Of a DNA stretch of 53,537 nucleotides, positions 9,679 to 18,932 are shown piece by piece. A program made the position numbers and the translations under genes. The notes beneath the pieces are model-generated. The model was not told where the DNA came from. It was given only the letters and a program-made list of their open reading frames with translations, and did no database searches. Numbering within the stretch: the stretch's first letter is position 1; every line of letters starts with the position of its first letter. The DNA is from a virus (Duplodnaviria; Caudoviricetes). Location of the stretch: the IMG/VR virus record IMGVR_UViG_3300009467_000020, positions 1-53,537 of that record, one strand, 5' to 3'.

Positions 9679-9966
9679 ATGGGTAAATTAAGAGCGGCTT
9701 TAAAGAAAGCTGGAAGCAAGGTTAAGGGAAAAGTTAAAGAAACTGGTAGTAAGGTTAAAGCAGGAGTTAAAAAAGCCGAGGTCAAGTCTAAAGAACGAGG
9801 AGCAAAAGTTGCAAGTAAGGCAAAAGAAATTGGAGGCAAGGTTAAAAAAGAAGTTGCTAAAGGCGGTGTAGTTGGGGCAGTAAAAAAAGCTGCTAAAGGA
9901 GGCCCTTCTATGAAGTCTAAAGTTTATATGTCAGGTGCAACAGCTAAAAAAAATAAAAGAAAATAA
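9679..9966 (+). CDS. Lys-rich histone-H1-like basic protein
   Basis: Repetitive GSKVK/KKA units, roughly one third Lys. Confidence 0.7.
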   Translation: MGKLRAALKKAGSKVKGKVKETGSKVKAGVKKAEVKSKERGAKVASKAKEIGGKVKKEVAKGGVVGAVKKAAKGGPSMKSKVYMSGATAKKNKRK

Positions 9967-9968
9967 TT

Positions 9969-10448
9969 ATGGGAAAGAAAAGAGATGCTCGTATTGCTCA
10001 GAATGAGGCGAATATGCAGGAAATGCAAGCTAAACTTGAAGATAATTATGTTAATGCTAGAGTTCAAGCAGGCGGTGAAGATCAAATGTCACCTGAAATG
10101 CAAGAAATACTTGCTACAGGCAGAATTGCAGCAGCAACATCTATGGGGAGCGGTATTAATATGAAAGGTGGTTGTCAGATTAAAAAGCACATGAAGAGTA
10201 GCGGAATAAGCATGACATCAAAGGGCGACCCAATAAAGAAAAAAAGTAAAAAGCTCGATATTTACAAAACACTTGGCCCAGTAAATGTACCTATAAACGA
10301 TGGGAATTATACGCTTACATCAAGCGGCGCAAATTTTTTTAATAAAAAATTAGAAAAAGCTAATCCAAAAGCGTATAGAGAGAATTATCTTGAGAATGAA
10401 GATAAAAAATTCTATCAGCGAATGAAAAAAATGCATACTATTAAGTAA
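9969..10448 (+). CDS. basic hypothetical protein
   Basis: 159-aa ORF in a tightly packed operon. Confidence 0.65.
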   Translation: MGKKRDARIAQNEANMQEMQAKLEDNYVNARVQAGGEDQMSPEMQEILATGRIAAATSMGSGINMKGGCQIKKHMKSSGISMTSKGDPIKKKSKKLDIYKTLGPVNVPINDGNYTLTSSGANFFNKKLEKANPKAYRENYLENEDKKFYQRMKKMHTIK

Positions 10449-10450
10449 AC

Positions 10451-10801
10451 ATGGCATTTAAACTACAATCACCTCCTTATGTAAAAGAACCTATACCTAC
10501 TTATGAGGCAGATTTAGGGGAGGGTGTACTTGGGCAAAGTAATAACAATGGCACTATAGTGGTTAACAATAAGCTAGACCCTAAGTTCCACAAGGAAGTT
10601 ATTGACCATGAGATGGTGCATATTAATCAGATGTCTAGAGGTGATTTAGATTATGATGAAAACAATATATACTGGAAGGGCAAGACTTACTCTAAGAGTG
10701 ATAGTAAGATAGCTATGGCTAGTCCAAAGAACTCTCCTTGGGAAAAGGAAGCTTACAGTAAATCAAAAACTAAATATAAAGATACAAAGTACAATGTTTA
10801 G
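10451..10801 (+). CDS. small zincin-like metallopeptidase
   Basis: VIDHEMVHINQ (HExxH) plus downstream PWEKEAY. Confidence 0.75.
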   Translation: MAFKLQSPPYVKEPIPTYEADLGEGVLGQSNNNGTIVVNNKLDPKFHKEVIDHEMVHINQMSRGDLDYDENNIYWKGKTYSKSDSKIAMASPKNSPWEKEAYSKSKTKYKDTKYNV

Positions 10802-11309
10802 ACCTAATGTAGTAACAAACGGCCTGTTGATGACAGGTAATAAGATAAAGGTAGTCAAGAAGAAAAAGAACTCAAAAGGAACTTCAGTGGAAACCGCAGA
10901 CAACACTATGTTTGCGGCACCTAAAAAGCTTGCTTATAATGACCCTGTTGCAGTACAAAGAAGAGCTGAGGAAAGATCATCTCAAAGGGTGCAAGATCAA
11001 TCGGCTGCTAATGCAAGAAAATCTAATCCAATGACTGCTAGTCAGCTTAAAGGAAAAATTAAGGAGGCAAAAAAATTCCATAAAAAAGTTGGCAAGAACC
11101 AAGCAAAATCTACAAAACAATCTCTTAACAGACAGAGCCTAGCTACTGGTGGTGTTCAAGATATGGTACAAAAAGCTGGTGATACGGCTCAACGTGATGC
11201 CTCGGCTTGTGGTCGAACATCTTCTTGTGCAAGAAAAGTTTATAATAAATTCAAGAAAGGGCAGGGTGGTAAAAAAGGAAAAGCACACGACAAACTAATG
11301 AAAAAATAA
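10794..11309 (+). CDS. basic hypothetical protein
   Basis: 171-aa Lys-rich ORF overlapping the previous gene. Confidence 0.65.
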   Translation: MFRPNVVTNGLLMTGNKIKVVKKKKNSKGTSVETADNTMFAAPKKLAYNDPVAVQRRAEERSSQRVQDQSAANARKSNPMTASQLKGKIKEAKKFHKKVGKNQAKSTKQSLNRQSLATGGVQDMVQKAGDTAQRDASACGRTSSCARKVYNKFKKGQGGKKGKAHDKLMKK

Positions 11310-11765
11310 ATGAAAAAGAAATTTAAAGATACAAAGATAGCCGCGTTTTTAAAAAACAAAGCCCCTGGAATTTTAAATATGGTGGGCGATATACTACCTA
11401 CTAACGGTGCACTTGGCGTTGTAAAGAATTTAATATCTAAAGACGATTCTATATCTGTTGAAGATAAAGAAACGGCATTAAGACTTATAGACCAGGACAC
11501 GGCAGAAATGAAAGAGGTTAGTAAGCGTTGGGCTGCTGATATGAAGTCTGATTCGTGGCTATCTAAAAATACTAGGCCAATGTCATTAATATTTTTAACC
11601 TTAATGACCGTAGCCCTAATATGGGTTGATAGCATTGAAGCCGCTAGTTTTTCCGTAGATACTGGGTGGGTTAATTTACTACAAACATTAACTACGACAG
11701 TATACGTTGCTTACTTTGGTTCAAGGGGAGCAGAAAAATGGAAAACTTTAGGTAATAATAAATAG
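11310..11765 (+). CDS. putative holin (3TM-holin-like)
   Basis: RWAADMKSDSWLSKNTRP followed by two TM helices and YFGSRG. Confidence 0.7.
   Translation: MKKKFKDTKIAAFLKNKAPGILNMVGDILPTNGALGVVKNLISKDDSISVEDKETALRLIDQDTAEMKEVSKRWAADMKSDSWLSKNTRPMSLIFLTLMTVALIWVDSIEAASFSVDTGWVNLLQTLTTTVYVAYFGSRGAEKWKTLGNNK
11751..11760 (+). promoter_or_regulatory. candidate late promoter motif
   Basis: GGTAATAATA, identical to 4585-4594, about 31 nt before the ATG at 11792. Confidence 0.45.
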
Positions 11766-11791
11766 AGTATAATCAAATTTAATTTAATATA

Positions 11792-12028
11792 ATGAATATA
11801 ACTAAAAAAGAGTTAGAGAAAGTTAGGGAACAGCAAACTAAAATTGCAGAAATTAAGCAAGATTTAGGAACGCTTGAAATGCAAAAGCACGAGATACTTC
11901 ATGTGTTGGTAGATATAAACAAAGAAGTCAATGATACCAAAAAATTACTAGAAGAGAAGTACGGGCGAGTTAATATAAATCTTGATGACGGTAGTTATAC
12001 TGATATTGAGGAAAGCCCTAGCGAATAA
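11792..12028 (+). CDS. small coiled-coil protein
   Basis: Heptad helix followed by LEEKYGRVNINLDDGSY. Confidence 0.75.
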   Translation: MNITKKELEKVREQQTKIAEIKQDLGTLEMQKHEILHVLVDINKEVNDTKKLLEEKYGRVNINLDDGSYTDIEESPSE

Positions 12029-12255
12029 TGGAAAGTGTTATAAGGAAAATTAGCATTGGCGCTGATTACAAAAATGAAGCTATGCATTACGCTGTATCAC
12101 AGCAAGTGTACGGTGGTCATGAAATATCTGATATTCTCCTAGATGAGAAAGATAACTCTTATAACATTTACATAAAGAAGAACGATGAAGTATTGCCTTG
12201 GAAGAAGTTCAATTCTAACATGGCTATCTCTGTGGAGTACGATTTACAGTATTAA
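12028..12255 (+). CDS. hypothetical protein
   Basis: IRKISIGADYKNEAMHY; TAATG-coupled on both sides. Confidence 0.75.
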   Translation: MESVIRKISIGADYKNEAMHYAVSQQVYGGHEISDILLDEKDNSYNIYIKKNDEVLPWKKFNSNMAISVEYDLQY

Positions 12256-12851
12256 TGAAAAGCGTACATGATTTTATTGTAAAGCCTATAAACGGTAGAT
12301 ACAATAATACAGTAAAAGTCGGAGATGTAGATCTTGTAGTAAACACGAAAATAGAGGAGTTTAAAAACATAAGCAAGATTGCTGAGGTAGTAGCTTTGCC
12401 ATTATCAATAAAAACAAATGTAAAGATAGGTGACAAAGTTGTTGTTCACCACAACGTCTTTAGAAGGTTTTATGATATAAGAGGCAATGAAAAAAACAGT
12501 AGAAGTTTTATAAAAGAAGATATGTACGCTTGCTCACCAGAGCAGATATATATGTACGGAGCCAATACAGCTCATTTAGACTACTGTTTTGTAAAACCTA
12601 TAGTGAACAGCGATATTTTTATTACAAGTAAAGAGAGGCCTCTTATGGGCTTATTGAAGTATGGTAATGAAGAACTAGAAAGCCTTGGCGTTTACGAGGG
12701 TGATTTAGTTTCTTTTAGACCAACGTCTGAATTTGAGTTTGTAGTAGATGGAGAATTATTATATTGTATGAAATTAATTAACGTTGTATCGAAGCATGAA
12801 CGTAAAGGAAACGAAGAAGAGTATAATCCAAGCTGGGCAAAAAGCAGTTGA
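12255..12851 (+). CDS. GroES-like protein with two tandem Cpn10-like repeats
   Basis: FIVKP...AEVVALP...VKIGDKVVV and CFVKP...GLLKY...VYEGDLVSF repeat the GroES beta-strand pattern. Confidence 0.55.
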   Translation: MKSVHDFIVKPINGRYNNTVKVGDVDLVVNTKIEEFKNISKIAEVVALPLSIKTNVKIGDKVVVHHNVFRRFYDIRGNEKNSRSFIKEDMYACSPEQIYMYGANTAHLDYCFVKPIVNSDIFITSKERPLMGLLKYGNEELESLGVYEGDLVSFRPTSEFEFVVDGELLYCMKLINVVSKHERKGNEEEYNPSWAKSS

Positions 12852-13080
12852 GGAATTGATTAAGGTAGCCAAAGAGGCTATTGTAGATTCTGATGATGAT
12901 CTGACAGCTGATAAACTAAAGAATGCGGCGGCAACTAAAAAGCTAGCTATATTCGATGCTTTCGAAATTCTTAAAAGAATACAAGAGGAAGAAGACATGC
13001 TAGATGATAAACCTAAAGACGACACAAAAAAGAAAAGCGAGTTTAAGGGTTTTGCAGAAGGTAGAGCAAAGTTCGAGTAA
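12796..13080 (+). CDS. putative terminase small subunit
   Basis: Helical 94-aa protein directly upstream of TerL, using the ATG at 12796. Call is positional. Confidence 0.45.
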   Translation: MNVKETKKSIIQAGQKAVEELIKVAKEAIVDSDDDLTADKLKNAAATKKLAIFDAFEILKRIQEEEDMLDDKPKDDTKKKSEFKGFAEGRAKFE

Positions 13081-13081
13081 T

Positions 13082-15298
13082 ATGTACGAGCAAACATTAT
13101 ATAAAGTACTGGATAACTATATAAAACCCAGTACTTTAAAAAAGAAAAATAGAGTCAAGTCCTGGAAGTATGGATATGACGAAGACCATGATATGGTCGT
13201 TATAAGTAAAACTGGTAAAATAGGTGAGATATACGAAATACAAAATCTTAAAATAGCATTACCAGCTGAGTTTAAAACTCACAACTTTAAAGAAAATAAA
13301 TGGGGTAAGTTAGATTACCCTAAAGAGTTAAGCAGAATTAAAACAATATTTGACTGGAAGGAGTACCCAGAAGAATTTAAAGAAGACTGGTACGATTATA
13401 TCGAAACAGAATTTGAAAGAAGAGATGCTGGATTTTTCTTTTCTAATAAAGGCAAGTCTACTTATATCACGGGGTCACATTATATGTATTTACAATGGTC
13501 AAAGATTGATGTTGGAAATGCAGACTTCAGAGAATCAAACAGATTGTTTTATATCTTTTGGGAAGCATGCAAAGCCGATACGAGGTGTTTCGGAATGTGT
13601 TACTTAAAGAACAGGCGTAGTGGATTTTCATTCATGTCGTCAGGAGAAACAGTTAACCTCGCTACAATGTCTACAGACTCTAGATATGGTGTGTTATCAA
13701 AGTCAGGGCCTGATGCAAAGAAAATGTTTACTGATAAGATAGTACCTATATCTATTAACTATCCTTTTTTCTTTAAACCCATACAGGATGGTATGGATAG
13801 ACCGAAGACAGAGCTAGCATATAGGGTTCCTGCTTCAAAGCTTACTAGAAGAAAGCTTGATGTTAACGAAACTGTTGAAGATATAAAGGGGTTGGACTCT
13901 ACAATTGATTGGAAGAATACAGGAGACAACTCTTATGATGGAGAAAAGCTAAAGCTTTTAGTTCATGATGAATCTGGTAAATGGGAAAGACCTAATAACA
14001 TATTAAACAATTGGAGAGTAACAAAGACTTGTCTGAGACTTGGTAGTAGGATTATTGGCAAGTGTATGATGGGATCAACAAGCAATGCCTTAGATAAAGG
14101 CGGTAGCAATTTTAAAAAATTATATTATGCCTCAGACGTTGAAAAAAGAAACAGTAACGGACAAACTGCTTCTGGATTATATTCTTTGTTCATACCTATG
14201 GAATGGAATTACGAAGGATACATTGATTCTTACGGAATGCCTGTCTTCGATACACCAGAGAAACCAGTTAGCGACCCGTATGGAATACCTATTAAACAAG
14301 GGGTAATAAGTTATTGGGAAAATGAAGTTAACGGCTTAAAGCAAGACCAAGACGGTCTAAACGAATTTTACAGACAGTTTCCTAGAACAGAACAACATGC
14401 ATTCAGAGATGAGGCAAAAGAATCATTATTTAACCTAACAAAGATTTACCAACAAATAGACCATAACGAGTCTATGGCTTCTAGTACGTTAGTTACAAAA
14501 GGTAACTTTCAATGGGAAGGTGGAATTAAAGATACCAGGGTAGTATTTATGCCTAATAAAAACGGTAGATTTTATATAAGTTGGATACCACCAGTTAGTC
14601 TACAAAATAGAGTTGTACAAAAACACGGTGTTAATTATCCTGGTAATGAGCACATGGGTGCTTTTGGATGTGATAGTTATGATATATCTGGAACAGTAGA
14701 TAATAGAGGTTCTAATGGTGCACTACATGGATTAACTAAGTTTAGTATGGAGGATGCTCCTTCAAATCATTTCTTTTTAGAATATATAGCTAGACCACAA
14801 ACTGCTGAGATATTCTTTGAAGATGTGCTTATGGCATGCGTGTTTTATGGTATGCCAATACTAGCGGAAAATAACAAACCTAGATTGTTATATCACTTTA
14901 AGAGAAGGGGTTACAGAGGGTATTCTATGAACAGACCAGATAAGTTATTAAATAAGTTATCTACAACAGAAAGAGAGATTGGAGGAATACCTAACTCTAG
15001 TGAAGATATAAAACAAGCGCATGCCGCTGCTATTGAAACATATATAGAGGAATTAGTAGGAATACTAGGTGACGATGAGATGGGAGATGTTTACTTTCAG
15101 AGAACGCTAGAAGATTGGGCTAGATTTAATATTAACAATAGAACTAGTCATGATGCTTCTATAAGCTCAGGTTTAGCTATAATGGCCTGTAACAAAAACA
15201 GATATGCACCAATAAATAAAGTGGTACGAAAAAATATAAATCTAGGACTTAAGAGATACGATAATACTGGAGAATTTTCAAAAATAATAAATAAATGA
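13082..15298 (+). CDS. terL: terminase large subunit
   Basis: LKNRRSGFS (Walker A-like), LVHDESGKW (Walker B), MMGST, GCDSYD nuclease motif and C-terminal HDASIS. ATG at 13082 directly follows the previous stop. Confidence 0.9.
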   Translation: MYEQTLYKVLDNYIKPSTLKKKNRVKSWKYGYDEDHDMVVISKTGKIGEIYEIQNLKIALPAEFKTHNFKENKWGKLDYPKELSRIKTIFDWKEYPEEFKEDWYDYIETEFERRDAGFFFSNKGKSTYITGSHYMYLQWSKIDVGNADFRESNRLFYIFWEACKADTRCFGMCYLKNRRSGFSFMSSGETVNLATMSTDSRYGVLSKSGPDAKKMFTDKIVPISINYPFFFKPIQDGMDRPKTELAYRVPASKLTRRKLDVNETVEDIKGLDSTIDWKNTGDNSYDGEKLKLLVHDESGKWERPNNILNNWRVTKTCLRLGSRIIGKCMMGSTSNALDKGGSNFKKLYYASDVEKRNSNGQTASGLYSLFIPMEWNYEGYIDSYGMPVFDTPEKPVSDPYGIPIKQGVISYWENEVNGLKQDQDGLNEFYRQFPRTEQHAFRDEAKESLFNLTKIYQQIDHNESMASSTLVTKGNFQWEGGIKDTRVVFMPNKNGRFYISWIPPVSLQNRVVQKHGVNYPGNEHMGAFGCDSYDISGTVDNRGSNGALHGLTKFSMEDAPSNHFFLEYIARPQTAEIFFEDVLMACVFYGMPILAENNKPRLLYHFKRRGYRGYSMNRPDKLLNKLSTTEREIGGIPNSSEDIKQAHAAAIETYIEELVGILGDDEMGDVYFQRTLEDWARFNINNRTSHDASISSGLAIMACNKNRYAPINKVVRKNINLGLKRYDNTGEFSKIINK

Positions 15299-17703
15299 AT
15301 ATAGGCGCAAACCCAAATAGTATATTTCCTAGCCAAGTAGTTAGTGATGCTGAAAAATCAAGCTTTGAGTATGGCGTGCAAGTTGGTAGGGCTATAGAAT
15401 CAGAATGGTTCAGGCAAGGTGGTATGGGAAATAGGTTTTCACAGAATTATAATCATTTTCACACATTAAGACTTTACGCAAGAGGAGAGCAACCAGTACA
15501 AAAATACAAAGATGAGTTAGCAATTAATGGTGACTTATCTTATTTAAACTTAGACTGGGGGATAGTTCCAGTTATATCTAAATTTGTAGATATAGTTGTT
15601 AATGGTATTACTGAGAAAGAATTTCAAATAAAAGCATATGCACAAGATCCAGAGTCTGTAAAGAAAAGGACAGATTACGCCGAAGCTATAATGCAAGACA
15701 TGGTAGCAAAGCAAGAGATTATGGCAATCGATGCTGCAATTGGTATTAACAGTTTCAATACTGATAGTCCAGAAAATCTTCCTCAAACTAAAGAGGAGCT
15801 TTCTCTACACATGCAATTAGATTACAAGCAGTCTATTGAGGTTGCTGAAGAAGAGGTTATAAATCAAGTATTAGCAAAGAATAAGTTTGATCAAATACAA
15901 AAACGATTTAACCATGATTTAGTTGTATTAGGTATAGGTGCAACTAAAACCACTTGGAATAAAGCAGAGGGTGTTGTTCTTGAGTATTGTGATCCAGCTA
16001 GAATGGTTTACTCTTATACTGATGACCCAAACTTTGAAGATATATATTATGTTGGCGAGGTTAGGGCACTTACGATACCAGAATTAAAAAAGCAGTTTCC
16101 TAATATACCAAACGAAGAGCTAGAAAGAATTGAAAAGATGCCAGGTAACAGGGAGTATGTTACTGGTTGGAATGCTTATGATCAAAATACTGTTCAGGTT
16201 TTGTTTTTTGAATACAAAACTTATAATAACCAAGTATTTAAAATTAAGCAAGGTGCTAATGGATTAGAAAAAGCAATACAAAAGACAGACGAATTTAATC
16301 CTCCTGAGAACGATACATTTAAAAAAGTATCAAGAAGCATTGAGGTGTTATACAGTGGAGCAAAAGTTTTAGGTACTAATACAATGCTAAAGTGGGAGTT
16401 AGCTGAAAATATGACTAGACCGTTCGCTGATACTACTAAAGTAGAAATGAACTATGTCATATGTGCACCTAGAATGTACCAAGGCAGAATAGAGTCTATT
16501 GTAAGCAAGACAACTAGCTTTGCAGATATGATTCAACTTACACATTTGAAGTTGCAACAGGTATTATCTAGAATGGTTCCTGACGGAGTATTCTTAGATG
16601 TTGATGGATTGGCAGAGGTTGATTTAGGTAATGGAACAAGCTACAACCCAGCCGAAGCACTTAACATGTATTTCCAAACTGGTAGTGTTCTAGGTAGGTC
16701 ACTTACGCAAGACGGTGATATGAATAGAGCAAAGGTTCCTATTCAAGAATTACAAACATCAAGCGGAAGCGCTAAGATACAGTCACTAACTCAGACTTAT
16801 CAGTATTACTTGCAAATGATAAGAGATGTTACTGGGCTTAATGAAGCAAGAGATGGTTCTGCTCCAGCTAAAGATGCTTTAGTCGGGTTGCAGAAGATGG
16901 CCGCTAATCAGTCGAATGTAGCAACTAGACACATATTACAGGCTAGTTGTTATTTGTCTCTTAGAATATGCGAGAACATATCTAGAAGAGTTGCCGATTC
17001 ACTAGAGTTTGCACTAACGGCTAATTCTCTACAAAACAGTATAACTAATTTCAATGCTGCAACTTTATCTGAGATTTCTCAATTAAACCTACATGACTTT
17101 GGTATATTCTTAGAGTTAGAACCGGACGATGAAATAAAAGCTCAATTAGAGCAAAACATACAGGTAGCATTAAAGTCTGGTGGAATAGACTTAGAGGACG
17201 CTATAGATATAAGACAAGTAAAAAATCTTCAGTTGGCAAATGAAATGCTAAAGGATAGAAGAAAGAAAAAGCAGGCAGCGGCACAACAAGCGCAGCAAGC
17301 TAACATACAGGCACAAGCACAGGCTAACTCAGAATCAGCTGAAAAAGCTGCAATGTATGAAGTACAGAAACAGCAAGCGTTAACCGCTGAGAAAGTGAGT
17401 ATAGAGCAAGCTAAGTCTCAATTTGAAATAGAAAGACTTCAAGCAGAGGCTCAGATAAAAAGAGAGTTAATGGCTACTGAGTTTGAGTATAACATGCAAT
17501 TGGCTCAACTTAGAGTAGAAGCAGAAACTTCTAAAGGAACTCAAATGGAGGATAGGAAAGATAAAAGAACTAAAATACAAGCTACTCAGCAGTCAGAGTT
17601 AATATCTCAAAGGCAAAATGATTCTTTACCTAAAAACTTTGAATCTACAGGTAATGATATCTTAAGCGGAGGGTTTGGTTTAGAGCAGTTTGACCCAAGT
17701 TAA
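15295..17703 (+). CDS. portal protein
   Basis: 802 aa after TerL; IRDVTGLNEARDG and a Q/A-rich C-terminal coiled coil typical of podoviral portals. Confidence 0.8.
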   Translation: MNIGANPNSIFPSQVVSDAEKSSFEYGVQVGRAIESEWFRQGGMGNRFSQNYNHFHTLRLYARGEQPVQKYKDELAINGDLSYLNLDWGIVPVISKFVDIVVNGITEKEFQIKAYAQDPESVKKRTDYAEAIMQDMVAKQEIMAIDAAIGINSFNTDSPENLPQTKEELSLHMQLDYKQSIEVAEEEVINQVLAKNKFDQIQKRFNHDLVVLGIGATKTTWNKAEGVVLEYCDPARMVYSYTDDPNFEDIYYVGEVRALTIPELKKQFPNIPNEELERIEKMPGNREYVTGWNAYDQNTVQVLFFEYKTYNNQVFKIKQGANGLEKAIQKTDEFNPPENDTFKKVSRSIEVLYSGAKVLGTNTMLKWELAENMTRPFADTTKVEMNYVICAPRMYQGRIESIVSKTTSFADMIQLTHLKLQQVLSRMVPDGVFLDVDGLAEVDLGNGTSYNPAEALNMYFQTGSVLGRSLTQDGDMNRAKVPIQELQTSSGSAKIQSLTQTYQYYLQMIRDVTGLNEARDGSAPAKDALVGLQKMAANQSNVATRHILQASCYLSLRICENISRRVADSLEFALTANSLQNSITNFNAATLSEISQLNLHDFGIFLELEPDDEIKAQLEQNIQVALKSGGIDLEDAIDIRQVKNLQLANEMLKDRRKKKQAAAQQAQQANIQAQAQANSESAEKAAMYEVQKQQALTAEKVSIEQAKSQFEIERLQAEAQIKRELMATEFEYNMQLAQLRVEAETSKGTQMEDRKDKRTKIQATQQSELISQRQNDSLPKNFESTGNDILSGGFGLEQFDPS

Positions 17704-17728
17704 TTTTTAATTTATATTATATTATATT

Positions 17729-18913
17729 ATGTCAGAAGAAAAAGAAGTAATAAAAGAAGGCGAATTTAAGGTAAAGAAAAGACCTTCAATGAAGAAGTTG
17801 GTTAAGGAAGATGAGGTCATAAAGGTTGACTTATCTGCTCCAAAAGCAGAAGAACCAGAAGTAACTAAAGTAGTAATACCTTCAATTGAAGAAAATAAAG
17901 ATACAGTAAATGAGCAAACCGAAACAGTTGAGCAACCTACAGCAGATGTGCCTAGCGATAGATCGGATAATGAAAAGCAAGAAGAAAAAGTAGAGGATAC
18001 GATTTCGGTAATACAAGAAGTAACTGAGGAGGAAGTAGAAGAAAAAACTCAGGAAGTTATTGAAGCTGTACAAGAGCTTAAAGAAACTGGAAAGCCACTA
18101 CCAGAAAACATAGAGAAACTTATTTCTTTTATGGAAGATACTGGTGGTAATATAGAAGACTATGTAAGATTAAATGCCGACTATAGCAATGTAGATGGCA
18201 ACACATTATTAAGAGAATATTATAGTAAAAGTAAACCTCATTTAGATGAGGCGGAAATATCCTTTTTATTAGAAGACAACTTCAAATTTGATGAAGAGTA
18301 CGACGACGAAAAAGAGGTTCGCAGGAAAAAACTTGCGTTTAAAGAAGAGGTTGCAAAAGCTAGCAGCTTTTTGGATGACTTAAAAGGTAAATATTACGAC
18401 GACATCAAGTTGAGGCCGGGCGTTACCCAAGAGCAGAAGAAAGCGTATGACTTTTTCAATCGCCATAAAGAGCAGGAGGAGCTACTAAAGGGAAAGAGGG
18501 AGAGGTTTAAAAAAGCCACATCTAATCTTTTAAACGATGATTTCAAAGGTTTTGATTTCAACATCGGAGAAAAGAAATTTAGATATGGTATTAATAACCC
18601 AACTAAAGTCGCTGAAGATCAATCCAACATCTCTGATTTCATTGGAAAGTTTCTAGATGATAAAGAGGAAATATCGGATCACAAAGGTTACCACAAAGCT
18701 ATGTATGCCGCTTCAAATGTAGATAAGATTGCGACTCATTTTTACGAGCAAGGTAAAGCTGATGCTATTAAGGAAGTTGTTGACAGTTCTAAGAACCTCA
18801 CATCTAAACCACGACAAACAGCCAGTGACAGTGTTTTTATTAATGGGTTAAAAGTCAAGTCTATAACTGGAATGGATTCTTCTAAGTTAAGAATTAAGAA
18901 AAAACAATTTTAA
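17729..18913 (+). CDS. putative scaffolding protein
   Basis: Acidic disordered N-terminus and helical body, located between portal and capsid genes. Confidence 0.6.
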   Translation: MSEEKEVIKEGEFKVKKRPSMKKLVKEDEVIKVDLSAPKAEEPEVTKVVIPSIEENKDTVNEQTETVEQPTADVPSDRSDNEKQEEKVEDTISVIQEVTEEEVEEKTQEVIEAVQELKETGKPLPENIEKLISFMEDTGGNIEDYVRLNADYSNVDGNTLLREYYSKSKPHLDEAEISFLLEDNFKFDEEYDDEKEVRRKKLAFKEEVAKASSFLDDLKGKYYDDIKLRPGVTQEQKKAYDFFNRHKEQEELLKGKRERFKKATSNLLNDDFKGFDFNIGEKKFRYGINNPTKVAEDQSNISDFIGKFLDDKEEISDHKGYHKAMYAASNVDKIATHFYEQGKADAIKEVVDSSKNLTSKPRQTASDSVFINGLKVKSITGMDSSKLRIKKKQF

Positions 18914-18932
18914 AAATTAAAAAACAAAAAAA

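Noticed and set aside
13004-13081. N-terminal extension of TerL given in the ORF track
   Set aside because: Overlaps the upstream gene; the ATG at 13082 directly after its stop is more plausible.
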